Assembly: GCA_025558095.1 (NCBI GenBank) | Contig: JAIVFI010000003.1 | Coordinates: forward strand, 806,001-870,000 | Reading direction: 5' to 3' | Source: Hyaloraphidium curvatum SAG 235-1 | Taxonomy: Eukaryota; Fungi; Monoblepharomycota | Length of the DNA stretch: 64,000 nucleotides | In this document: positions 51,002-60,927 of the stretch, piece after piece | How positions within the stretch are numbered: position 1 is the stretch's first letter | How the letters are laid out: every line of letters starts with the position of its first letter | Translations under genes and position numbers: made by a program | Notes under the pieces: model-generated | Seen by the model: only the letters and a program-made list of their open reading frames with translations | Told to the model about the DNA's origin: nothing | Database searches by the model: none

Positions 51002-52993
51002 CTAATCTACAATCTTTTTGATCGCCTCTGCCCGCCCCTCCCCCGTCCTCAAGATGCCCGCGACGATCTGCCATATCTCGTCCCCGACACGCACCCCCTC
51101 GACCGCGCCTTCCCCAACCCGTCCCACCAGGAATCCATTGGCGACGTTGGCTACCTTCGCCTTCCGCAGCGCCTCGGCATACGCCTGGACCCTCCGATCC
51201 GTGGCCGGCAGCCCGTCGCACACCAGGGAAGCGTACTCCGCCGCCGTCCACGCTCGCCCGTATGCTACCTTGCCCGAAAACCCGCCAGGTGCCCACTTCT
51301 CCACCCGCTTGCCAAACTCCAGGGGGTCAGCAATGTTGCCGACGACCGCGACCAGCGCCCCCGGCTCGGCATGGTCCTTTAGCCCCCTTACGATCCGCTC
51401 CGTGAGCTCGTCGCCCCGCGGCCCGCCGTCGCCAAACAGCTCCAGCGGCACCGCGCCCTCCGGGTTCGGGATGTACGGCGGGTTGGCGAGCACGGTCGGG
51501 AAGCGCCGGCCGTGCACGGCGTCCCAGAGGTTGCCCTCGAGCGCCTCCGCGCGGTCCTCCAGCGCGTTGAGCAGCGCGTTGAAGCGGCAAAAGCACGCGG
51601 CACGTGGGTTGACGTCCACGCAGGCGACTTCCGTCGCGCCAAGGCGGGCGGCGACGAGGCCCTGCACGCCCGAGCCGGAGCAGAGGTCCACGGTGGGCTT
51701 GCCTGCGAGGCGGGGGGCCAGACCCTCGGCAAGCAGGCCGGCTAGGCCGAGCGAGTCGACGCCGATGAACATGACGGGGTCGAATACGCCAGTGACGGCA
51801 CCGCCCGCCGTGTGCTGGAAGTCCGCGGCGACGTAGAGGGTCGTGCCGGCGACCGAGAGGGGGACGATCTGGATGAGCATCTGCAGCGAGCCGTCGGGGA
51901 GCTCGAGCGCCATGTTCTGGTCGAGGATAAAGTCGACGGTTTCGGCGCCAAGGACGGCTTTGGCGCGGTCCCGCGGCACCGCGGATTGAAGGAGCACCAG
52001 CTTGGCTGCGTCCAGAAGCTTGTCGGCCCCCGGAAGGGGGAGCTCCTTTGAACGGGCAGCGAGCACCGAAGCTGCCTGCGCGCGCCCGTTGGGGTGCGAC
52101 AGGTTCTGTGCCGGGAAACCGACCGCGGTTGCAGGCAGGGAGAGCAGCGAGAGCATGTTGGCGGCCGTGTAGCCGCAGTCCTCGAGCGCCTTGGCCAGCC
52201 GCCGCGTCTGCTCGCCGTACGCGGCCTTCCACCCGCCCGGCGCCTCCTCGTCCTCCTCGAAGTCCCAGAGCGAGCTGCGCATCTTGTTCAGCTTCGGTCG
52301 CCCGTTGGGCAGGCCACGCGCGGTGCACGACTCGCCCTCGCCGACGTCCGTCACGGGCCAGAATACGTTGAACGCCACCGTGTCGGAATCGGGGCGCAGG
52401 TCCACGACCAGGGCCATCTGAAACTGCGCGTCCGCCGGGTCCGGCGCGGGCGCCAGCCTGCTCCCGACCTCGTCCATGATGTAGAAGAGCGATTTGCCGG
52501 CCCCGTCCTTCTGCTGCAGTTCGTAGCTCCCGGTCACGATCCACAACTTGGGCAGGATCTCGTCGATGATCGTTTCCGCTGACTTTCCAGGGCGCTCGGC
52601 CTTGGCCTTGAGCTCTCCCGTCTCCTTGTCCTCCTCGACCACGTACATGCCCTCGTCTTTGATCCCGTCGAGCTCCAGCAGCTCCGCCACGCGATCGCGG
52701 AGGTTCGGGAGCTGTGCCAGCAGGGACGCGGCCTCCTCGGGCCGCTCAAACGTCGCCATGTGGTCGACGAGCCACACGTCGGATCCGGCGGGAATGTCTT
52801 TGGCCGCCATCAGCCCGTAGCGGCATCCTTGTGGCTCGTCGGCGTCGAACGAGAACTGGAATGCCTGGCCGGCGTCGAAGGTGCTAGAAGACACCTTTTG
52901 GAAGAGGCGCTCGAACAGGGTTTCGGGGACGCCCTGGGCGACGAGCTGGTCGCGATGCAGGCCGAGCCATTCCGAATATGCCTGCGAGACCAT
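51002..52993 (-). CDS. Fusion: TTLL12-like N-terminal SET-like region + HemK/MTS-like class I methyltransferase, intronless
   Basis: N-half LHRDQLVAQGVPETLFERLFQKV..FDAG, VWLVDH, YIMDEVGSR, FWPVTDVGEGE; C-half VDLCSGSGVQG, VDVNPRA, GNLW, LANPPYIP, DGGPRG. Confidence 0.8.
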   Translation of the reverse strand: MVSQAYSEWLGLHRDQLVAQGVPETLFERLFQKVSSSTFDAGQAFQFSFDADEPQGCRYGLMAAKDIPAGSDVWLVDHMATFERPEEAASLLAQLPNLRDRVAELLELDGIKDEGMYVVEEDKETGELKAKAERPGKSAETIIDEILPKLWIVTGSYELQQKDGAGKSLFYIMDEVGSRLAPAPDPADAQFQMALVVDLRPDSDTVAFNVFWPVTDVGEGESCTARGLPNGRPKLNKMRSSLWDFEEDEEAPGGWKAAYGEQTRRLAKALEDCGYTAANMLSLLSLPATAVGFPAQNLSHPNGRAQAASVLAARSKELPLPGADKLLDAAKLVLLQSAVPRDRAKAVLGAETVDFILDQNMALELPDGSLQMLIQIVPLSVAGTTLYVAADFQHTAGGAVTGVFDPVMFIGVDSLGLAGLLAEGLAPRLAGKPTVDLCSGSGVQGLVAARLGATEVACVDVNPRAACFCRFNALLNALEDRAEALEGNLWDAVHGRRFPTVLANPPYIPNPEGAVPLELFGDGGPRGDELTERIVRGLKDHAEPGALVAVVGNIADPLEFGKRVEKWAPGGFSGKVAYGRAWTAAEYASLVCDGLPATDRRVQAYAEALRKAKVANVANGFLVGRVGEGAVEGVRVGDEIWQIVAGILRTGEGRAEAIKKIVD

Positions 52994-53145
52994 CGCGACG
53001 TGCGGTTCTACGCCGGATCCGTGCGTTGTTTGATTGATTGACTTGATGGAATGGGCGCGTCCCGCGGCCGTCCCGCCGCCGAGTGTCCCCTTCCCCGACC
53101 GGAACCCCCTGCCAGTGCCGGCGACGCGTCTGATCTGCCGCGGCG

Positions 53146-54964
53146 ATGCAGCTGATCGAGTACAAGCCGCTCGGCGCGGCCGATGGCGCGGGCGACGCGG
53201 CCGACACGGAGAAGGCGGCGCAGCTGATGGGCATCGTCGGCTGCACGGCGGAGGAGGCGGCCAACGCGCTCGCGGCGTGCGGCGGCGACATGGACCGCGC
53301 GGCGGACATGCTGACCTCGGGCGGCCCGCCGCCGTACGCACCGTACGCGCCGTACTCGGCCGCAACGCACTTCGACCCGAAGGACGCGGCCGCGACGCTG
53401 TGGGGCTTCGACGTGGGCTCGGACCTCAAGCGGAAGGAGGCGTCGCGCAAGGCGCTGGAGGAGCTGCGCAACAACGCGCCCGCAGGGCTCGTCACGGGAT
53501 CGCCCGCGTGGCTCAACGCGCTGGTGCTCGCGGTCCACCACGCGTGCCTCGCCGGGCCGGGGGCGCCGCAGGCTGCGCTCTTCGCAAAGGCAGCAAAGGA
53601 CCCGCCGTCCGGCGCGGAATCCGACGCCGTCGACGCCTCCAACCCGAACCTGAAGCCCGCGGACCAGCTCGCGAAGCTCGCACTTGCGCTGCCCCGGACC
53701 AAACGGCGCGCCCTCTCCGCCGCCCCGCTCGCCGAATCGCTGGGCGCCAGCTCGGCCAACCCCAGCATCGCAGACACGTTCACCAAGCTCATCCGTGGCC
53801 TGGATATCCCAGAGCTCGACGCGCTCTTCCGCGTCACCGTGGCCGACGTGACCGCCTTCTTGGTCGACGGCGCGGTGGTCTTCATGGACACCCGGAGCAC
53901 ACAGGCCAACCCGGCGCTGCAGTTTTCCGCCGGCGATGTGATCGGCGCCTCCTGCATTACCGACGCCTTCCGGAAGCGGTTCGGCGCTGGCGCCGGCAAC
54001 GCCAACGGCGAGGCCGACGGCCGCTTCCTCGAGGACGAGGGCGCCGAGCTGCCCGGGCTGCTCCTGGCCACATTAGACACCCAGTTCCGCGGGTTCACTG
54101 AGTCGCGGATAGCGCTGGACCCCTTCTGCAGGTCGCAGGTGATGGAGGGTTCCGGCGCGGCAGCGGCAGACATTGCGCGGCAGCTCGAGGAGGCCGAGGC
54201 AAAGAGGACCAAGCTCAAGCCGCACAGGATCAAGCACATGAGGAGCCTGCTCAATCACCTGAAGGCGGTGCAGGAGAAAGACTCGATTCCGCCGCTGGAA
54301 CGGCTTATTTCGTGGCTCGAGACCTCGGACGCTGGTGGGCTTGATGAGGAGCTTGATCGGTTGCCACAGCGATTGATCGGAACTCCGTTTGCCTTGTCCA
54401 CAGAGCTCCAAAGTCGGATTGAGGACCTCAAAGCCCGCCAGCAGAACCTCTTCAACAGCTCCAGGCACATCTATCGGTGAGCAGCCCATCTGTCGCTCAC
54501 ATCCATTCCCTGACGCCTTCGCCAGCCTCTTTGCGGTCTTCACCGACCAACCCTCCCCCAACGTCCTCATCGACCTCCCCGACCGCGGCTGGACCCGCTT
54601 TACCGACGACCTCGCCGTCGAGGAACCCTCCTTCGCCCCCGACAGCGACCGCACCCCCGCCCGTGCGGTCTTCTACGCCCGCTCCTCCCTCGGCGGCACG
54701 ATCGACCTCGACCCGCCGCCGCCGCCCGCGTGGATCGAGCGCTGGGCTGACGCGGACGACGCGCGCTTTTCGAAGCCTCCGGCGGCGGACGTGGAGATGG
54801 CAGAGGCGGAGGCGCCGGCGGCGGCGGTGCCGATACTTGTGGAGGACGAGCCGGAGACGGTGCCGATCGTGATCGACGAGGGGGAGAAGGCGGAGGAGGG
54901 GTCGGACGGGGAGCTGCCGCATCCGAGCACGCTGGCGATGCCGAGGGCGGCGAAGGAGATGTAG
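53146..54964 (+). CDS. UBA-like domain-containing hypothetical protein, 1 intron near 54477-54522
   Basis: AQLMGIVGCTAEEAANALAACGGDMDRAADML (UBA-like); long ORF; second exon with acidic tail. Confidence 0.65.
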
Positions 54965-55098
54965 AGGTGCTTTGCAACAAGCCATCATACACGAAACCTT
55001 CTGTCGTCACTCACACTGCGGGAAGACGGATGACCTGCTGGCCTCCGTTCGAGCCGAGATGCTGGTCACACAAATGCACAGTAGGTGCTTGCGCGAGT

Positions 55099-55697
55099 TC
55101 AGAGGACCTCCTCCTTGGCAGAAGAGAGAGGAGTCTGGACAGGTAAGGCAGGGTTTGGTGTTTGCCTTACACTAGTCGTGGGGCCGGCATGCCAAAACTC
55201 CATTTTCTTCACCGACTTTGATGGCTGACTGTACTGCGATGCTACATCCCCCGGTGGGTGGAAATCCGTGACAAATGGCAAGATTATCCGACCGTTCCCG
55301 TACATGGGAAGTGGTGGGTTGGGCTTCACAGGCTTTTCAAACTCGGAGGCCAATTTTTCGGCCTCTCTGAGCGTCACTCCCCATGCGGTCTCGCGCATGA
55401 CTTTACTGAGCAGACCATAGGCTTGGCGGAACATGCGGTCCAATTCCCCTGCTCGATGGGTGGCCCAGGACGATTCTTCGGTACCAAGCAATGCAAGCTT
55501 GTCCAGTGCGACCAGAAATTCCGCGATCCAAGCCTCGAGGTCGTCCAGCTGTCGAAGTGCGTCCTCTTTTCTCTTCTTCTGTGCCAGCACTCGGAACCGG
55601 GAGATGTGCGCATTCAGCTTCTGGAGCCTTTCCGTCTTCGCGGGGATATGAGCTGCGCATGCTGCGTGCGAATATCAGGGCACTTAACCTGCTCCAT
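55099..55697 (-). CDS. Orphan helical protein A with shared motif FHPPGDVASQYSQPSKSVKKMEFW
   Basis: ORF 55099-55590 open further upstream; probable 5' microexon ATG GAG CAG|gttaag (start uncertain); motif shared with neighbours B and C. Confidence 0.6.
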
Positions 55698-55895
55698 CGT
55701 AATCAGTGCCTCCTCAAGCGCTTGATCGCGGGCCTCCCTTCACGTCCTCTGGTCCTCGTTAGCTGCGAGATATGCCTAGTCGATCGTGATCACGCGGGCG
55801 ACGCCAGACGCCAAGACCTCTCCGGCCGCCAGCAGAAACTGCTCGTTGAAAATTCTGCGAGCGAGAGTAGTGCGACTACTGGCCGTTGGAGCGAC

Positions 55896-56530
55896 ATGGC
55901 AGCGAGCTCCCGAAAGCGGAAAGTCGTGGTCGACTCAGACTCTGGCGACTCTGACAACTACGACGACCCGGAGGAGGTAAGAAGCGGCACGGCGGTTGCC
56001 GACGCATCGTTCAAAAGTCCATCTCCATTCACTCGTCCGTCAAACACCTTGGTTCCATGCAGCGAATGTTCCAGACGTTGAAGGACAAGCTGTTCCGAGA
56101 GAAGTTCCTTCTGCGACGGGACAAAGACCGGCCTGGCGAAGTCAGGAAGAAATTCCTATCGCGAATTGAGGCTTTACAAGCAAAAGTAGTCAAGGACCTG
56201 GCTCAGCTCACGAAGGAACTTGGCACCATGCGGAAGCGAGGGGATAGCGTCGCATCGAGGAATCGGTACCGGTCGGAAAGGTTGAGGGAAATCCATACGG
56301 AGGCTGAGGCCGGGCTCAACCAGTGGGGGGACGAGCTTGATGCCTTGAGTCCCAGGAAATTTGGGCTTGTGGGGGCAATTGGACGCCGCTTCGAGGTGCC
56401 AAAGGCAGAGTTCGAGCCTGAGCCAACTATGGCAACTCAGTACAAGCAGCCCAGCAAGGGCACCAAGAAGATTGATGCGTGGGCTAAGGAAGCAAGCAAG
56501 ACGAAAGCTGGGAAAGGAAGCGGCCGATGA
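55896..56530 (+). CDS. Orphan helical protein B with shared motif FEPEPTMATQYKQPSKGTKKIDAW, 1 intron (55977-56062)
   Basis: MAASSRKRKVVVDSDSGDSDNYDDPEE|gtaag...cag|RMFQTLKDKL joins in phase 0; basic NLS-like RKRK. Confidence 0.7.
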
Positions 56531-57012
56531 GCTTTCTAGATTGGACTTCGGAGGTAAGGAGTTATGAGACGGACAAGCAGTGAAATTGTAGGAAGCTGAG
56601 GACTTGGAACCACAAGGAATTTTGTGACTTTCGCTGGATGGGGAATGGCAGAGCTATGCTTCAATCTACAGCCGGGTAATACCGGTTTTGCACGGCAGCC
56701 TTCGTTAGTCGAAGCGCGTTGCGCCACCTGCTTAGACTCACAAGCTGAGATATACGGAACGAATAACATTGGTCACGCCCTGGTCCCGCACCGCGCAAGA
56801 ACCGTTGCCTCTGTGTGCCACGCTTCAGAACTTGTGGCATCTCCATCTCTAGTGTGAGCAAAACACGTGCAGTGGCGTCTAGTCGACGCGAGTAATGTGC
56901 TCTGCTGACCCTTTTCAACACCTTTGCATCTGCTTTCGCGATGTCTCGTCCACTGACGACCTCGACCTTGGCATTTGAAAGTCGTACTTCTTCCCGCCGC
57001 CGCATCGTGGCA

Positions 57013-57192
57013 ATGGGAAACGATCAGAGCAGCCAGAACCAGAAACGCCCCAAGGACGACAAGGTGCTCATTGAGCCGTTTGAGCCCGAACCAAGCTACA
57101 GCAACCAGTACAAAGAGCCCACGAAAAACGTCAAGAAGATGGACGCTTGGAACAAGGATGCCGGGAAACAGGGGAAGAAGGGCGGCCGTTGA
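57013..57192 (+). CDS. 59-aa micropeptide C, probable N-myristoylation, motif FEPEPSYSNQYKEPTKNVKKMDAW
   Basis: MGNDQS (G2/S6 myristoylation pattern); motif shared with A and B; polybasic end GKQGKKGGR. Confidence 0.7.
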   Translation: MGNDQSSQNQKRPKDDKVLIEPFEPEPSYSNQYKEPTKNVKKMDAWNKDAGKQGKKGGR

Positions 57193-57405
57193 ACCAACGA
57201 TGACTTGAGCGCCATGAGGGGATGAAGTAGGGCTCGTATTGTATAGGACAGCTCTCTGTTGCGACGCTGAAGGAATCGATCAGGATGCCCGTTCCAGTTA
57301 GTGAAGACTTCGCTGTCCGTTGACATTTCGTGACTACGGCGTGCTGTCTCGACAGGGTGTCTGGTCGGCTGGGATAGCCATCGCCTAGGCATATCCAACG
57401 CTACT

Positions 57406-59703
57406 ATGGGTCTCTTCGAGTACTTTTTGGGATCGTCGACGACTTCTTCGCTGGCTCCGGCAAGCGGCACCTTCTGGGAGGCATGCGAGGACGGCGACGT
57501 TCATCGCGTCTCGTCGTTCTTGCGGAAGCCGGACTTTGACCCAAACGCGCCTGACGCCGAGGGTCAAACTGGCTTCATACGGGCATGTCGATCGGGTCGA
57601 AGCAAAGTGGTCGACCTTCTACTCGCGGACACGCGCGTGGATCCGTGCCGCGCCGACGTCGATGGCGCGACCGGGTTCTTGGAAGCGTGCTTAGCTGGAC
57701 AAACCGCGGTGGTCAGAGCCCTGCTCGCGTCAGGCAAAATTGATCCGAACGACACCGATGCCGTGGGCAGGACGGGTCTTATGCTGGCATGCCGGCACCG
57801 AAGGCTCGCCAGCATTTCCGCGCTGCTCGCGGACGGACGCGTGGCCGTGAACGGAACCGGTGATCGCGGTGTAACCGCGCTCTGGGAATCGTGCCGTAAA
57901 GGTCTCGTCAGTGTCGTCCGCTTGCTCCTATCGGACCCGAGAGCGGATAGGAACTTGGGTGACGAGTACGGGCAGACCCCCCTGATGCTGGCTTGCACCC
58001 TTGACGATCCGGCGACTTGCAAGCTGCTGCTCGCGGATCCCGAAGTGGATGTGATTGCAACAGACAACGACGACTGGACGGCTTTGATGTTTGCGTGCAG
58101 GAACAACCGACCGCGGACCGTTGAGATTCTTCTGCGCGACGGACGGATACCTGTCGACGCGGTGGACGACAAAGGCAAATCAGCTTTCGTGCATGCCTGT
58201 GCTGAGGGATTCGACGACGTTGTAGAGCTATTCTGCCGGGAAACGGGCGCCGACATTCTCAACCAAACTGACGTATACGGTGATACCGGCTTGATGAAGG
58301 CCTGCTTTGCCGGCCACGCGGAAGTGGTCGAGCGGCTGCTCAAGCACGACCTCGTGGACGTCAATGTTCAAAACCTGCTCAATAGCGAGACGGCTTTCAC
58401 ATACGCGTGCGCAAAGAGCGACGTGGCCGTTATCAAGCTTCTTGTCTCATGCGCGAGGGTTGACCTCTCGCTTCGTAACAAGGATGGGGAAACCGGGTTC
58501 GATCTTTGCAACTGGACTGCGAAACAGGTCGTTCAGAAGGCGATTGTCGATCGGGAACGGATCGAACGATCTAGGAAGCAGGGCGTTCCCGTCAAGCTTG
58601 AGACTGACACGGGAGCAAACAAGGAGGGTCTGGATGAGAAGTCCGAAGCCTTGCTTTCGAAGCTGCGCGTCAAGGCGGGGGATGTCAAGTACGACGATAC
58701 CACGATGATTGCCCACGGTGGATTCGGCAAGGTGTACCGTGGCACCCTGCGCAAGGTGACCAAAGTGGCCGTCAAGGTGCTTTTTGCCAGCGCCAATGAC
58801 CCCAAAGGCATCGAAATGTTCCGCAACGAGGTGGCCGTCTGGGGTGGTCTCACGCAACGCAACATCCTGCCCCTTCTTGCCTACTGCGAATCGCCTCCGA
58901 TGATGATCTCGGAGTTTGTGAGCGACGGCGACATGCGCAGCAAGCTTGAAAGCATGGGATGGAACCAGGACAAGGGGATCGAGTACCTTGCGGGCGTCGC
59001 CGCCGGGATGGCCTTCCTCCACTCCTTCAACGTCCTCCACGGTGACCTCAAGTGCGCGAACGTAATGATCGACCGAGACGTCCCCAAGATCACCGATTTT
59101 GGCTTGGCCAAGCTCCGCGAACACATTACCAGCTCATCCTCGGCAGCCGCGGTCGGCAGCGCGGAGCCCGCGGGCACGGCCGGCTTCATGTCGCCTGAGT
59201 ACTGCGAGACCGGCAAGCTGCGTCCACCGGTGGACGTGTTTGCGTTTGCGATGCAGTGCTACGAAGTGGTCAGCCGTGGCGACTACCCGTTTCGGGCCCC
59301 GAGCCGCCAGATCATAATGCTTTGGGTCATGGATGGGAAGCGGCCCAGCCGGCCATACGACTCGACGGACAGGATGTGGAGCTTGATGAAATGGGCATGG
59401 TCCCACGAGCCCAAGGACAGGCCGACGTTCGAGCAGATCCAGGACGAGATGGCGCGCTGGGCTGCGGGCGGCGGATCCGCGCCTTCGGGATGGAAAGAGG
59501 GGCAGCCGAGCATGTTGTCATACTCGGGGTCCCTGGTCGGGACGGCCGACGGGGGCGCACCGGATGACAGCCGATCGTCGGGCACGCTGAACGAGCCGGA
59601 TCCCGAGGCGGCCCCAGCGCAGGCAGGATCGTATTCGACGCTCGTCGAGCCAGCCCAGAATGGGGTGCGGATGTCGGATTCGAGCCCCATAGTGACCACG
59701 TAG
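57406..59703 (+). CDS. Ankyrin-repeat tyrosine-kinase-like (TKL) protein kinase, intronless
   Basis: About 10 ankyrin repeats (G.T.LM.AC..G...VV.LLL); IAHGGFGKVYRG, VAVK, HGDLKCANV, TDFGL, GTAGFMSPE, DVFAF, RPTF. Confidence 0.93.
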   Translation: MGLFEYFLGSSTTSSLAPASGTFWEACEDGDVHRVSSFLRKPDFDPNAPDAEGQTGFIRACRSGRSKVVDLLLADTRVDPCRADVDGATGFLEACLAGQTAVVRALLASGKIDPNDTDAVGRTGLMLACRHRRLASISALLADGRVAVNGTGDRGVTALWESCRKGLVSVVRLLLSDPRADRNLGDEYGQTPLMLACTLDDPATCKLLLADPEVDVIATDNDDWTALMFACRNNRPRTVEILLRDGRIPVDAVDDKGKSAFVHACAEGFDDVVELFCRETGADILNQTDVYGDTGLMKACFAGHAEVVERLLKHDLVDVNVQNLLNSETAFTYACAKSDVAVIKLLVSCARVDLSLRNKDGETGFDLCNWTAKQVVQKAIVDRERIERSRKQGVPVKLETDTGANKEGLDEKSEALLSKLRVKAGDVKYDDTTMIAHGGFGKVYRGTLRKVTKVAVKVLFASANDPKGIEMFRNEVAVWGGLTQRNILPLLAYCESPPMMISEFVSDGDMRSKLESMGWNQDKGIEYLAGVAAGMAFLHSFNVLHGDLKCANVMIDRDVPKITDFGLAKLREHITSSSSAAAVGSAEPAGTAGFMSPEYCETGKLRPPVDVFAFAMQCYEVVSRGDYPFRAPSRQIIMLWVMDGKRPSRPYDSTDRMWSLMKWAWSHEPKDRPTFEQIQDEMARWAAGGGSAPSGWKEGQPSMLSYSGSLVGTADGGAPDDSRSSGTLNEPDPEAAPAQAGSYSTLVEPAQNGVRMSDSSPIVTT

Positions 59704-59800
59704 CATGCGGATGTATACCTGAATAAGGACCACGTGCATTCGCCTCGTTCGCTCAGAGTGTGCACAAAAGCCTCGATGTCCAATGCCAGGCCAAGTGTTG

Positions 59801-60680
59801 GCTCGAGCTCGAAGGTCTCCTCCGATCGGAACGGGAAGTAGCCGGTCAAGCAACCGAACGCGAGGACGCCGAGCGCCCAAAGAACCTGGTGGCCGGAGTG
59901 GGCCAGGTAAGGCGTCCTCCGGTTGATGAACCGCAGGAGCGAGGGGCTGGCGTAGTTTGTGCAGCCCACCGCCTCGTCGAGAAGGGTGTTGCGGTCGAAG
60001 AAGGTGGCCAGGCCCCAGTCGATGACGCTGACGTGCCCCGACGTCGCGTCGTAGAAGACGTTGTCGAGCTTGATGTCGCGGTGGAGGACGCCCATGCCGT
60101 GCGCGTGGGCAAGGGCAACGAGGATGCCGGCGACGATCCTCCTCGTCTCGTCCTCCTCCAAATGTCCTTCCTGCTTGCCGTTGGTGTACGAGAAGAGCTC
60201 CTCGCGCGGGGCGACGGCCATGACGAGGTTCGAGGCCATCGGGCTCCGAACAAAGTCGAGGAGGGGAGGAATCGAATCATGTGCGGGGAGGTGGGTGAGG
60301 GCTAGCGCCTCTCGCAGGGAGAAGAGGAGGGTGCGGTGGTCGTTGGCAGACATCTTGGTCTGCTTCACGACGGCCTGGAAAGGACCTGTCAGACCCCTGG
60401 CAGACGCTGGCGCGCATCACGAGGTACCACGATTCTGCCCGTTCGGATGCCCTTGGCAATGAGTACTCTGGCGAACGCGCCCTCGCCGAGCACCCGGCCG
60501 GTCGCCCAGTCGTCGGCCGCGCCGTGAAGGACGGGCCCGTCGAAGACCTCGTCGGCGGGCATCGGGCGCCCGGGCTTGCTCGCGATGCGCTTGGCTGCCA
60601 TCTGCTTCTCTTTCTCGGAGCAGAGCGTGCAGCTGCTTGCGCAGTACATGGCGATGCTGGCTGGGTGTCGCCTCCTCCAT
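59801..60680 (-). pseudogene. Truncated, decaying duplicate of kinase K4 (copy K5)
   Basis: Near-identical to 49680-50545 including the intron; 4-nt insertion after the first ATG, subdomain IX Asp to Val (QVLWALG), homology ends after FRSEETFELE so subdomain XI is missing. Confidence 0.8.
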
Positions 60681-60927
60681 GTTTCGTGGTGCTGTGGTCC
60701 GCTTGGACTGCGCAAACGCGTGCAGGTGCGTCTCCGGTGACTCGAAGGTGCGAAAGTTTCCTAGGCCAGGCCCCAGTCCAAGGCGGTCCTTTCCGTTGGA
60801 CTCTGGGAGTCGCAGCTGCGAGGTATGGCAAGAAGCTGTCACGACGTAGAGATTCCGCGAGGCTCGTACACCGTCGCGCAGTCCTGCACGTGGCACGGCC
60901 GCAATGAATCGCTCGGTGCCGCGACCG

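Larger units (their letters stand above)
49680..60700. repeat. Dispersed direct repeat pair (~0.9 kb: 49680-50560 and 59801-60700) formed by K4 and K5
   Basis: Long identical stretches, e.g. gtttgtgcagcccaccgcctcgtcgagaagggtgttgcggtcgaagaaggtggccaggccccagtcgatgacgctgacgtgccccgacgtcgcgtcgtag occurs in both copies. Confidence 0.9.

Noticed and set aside
59283-60368. 361-aa ORF as an intact kinase
   Set aside because: The C-terminal ~170 aa are non-homologous read-through, mostly antisense to the ANK-TKL gene; subdomain XI is missing
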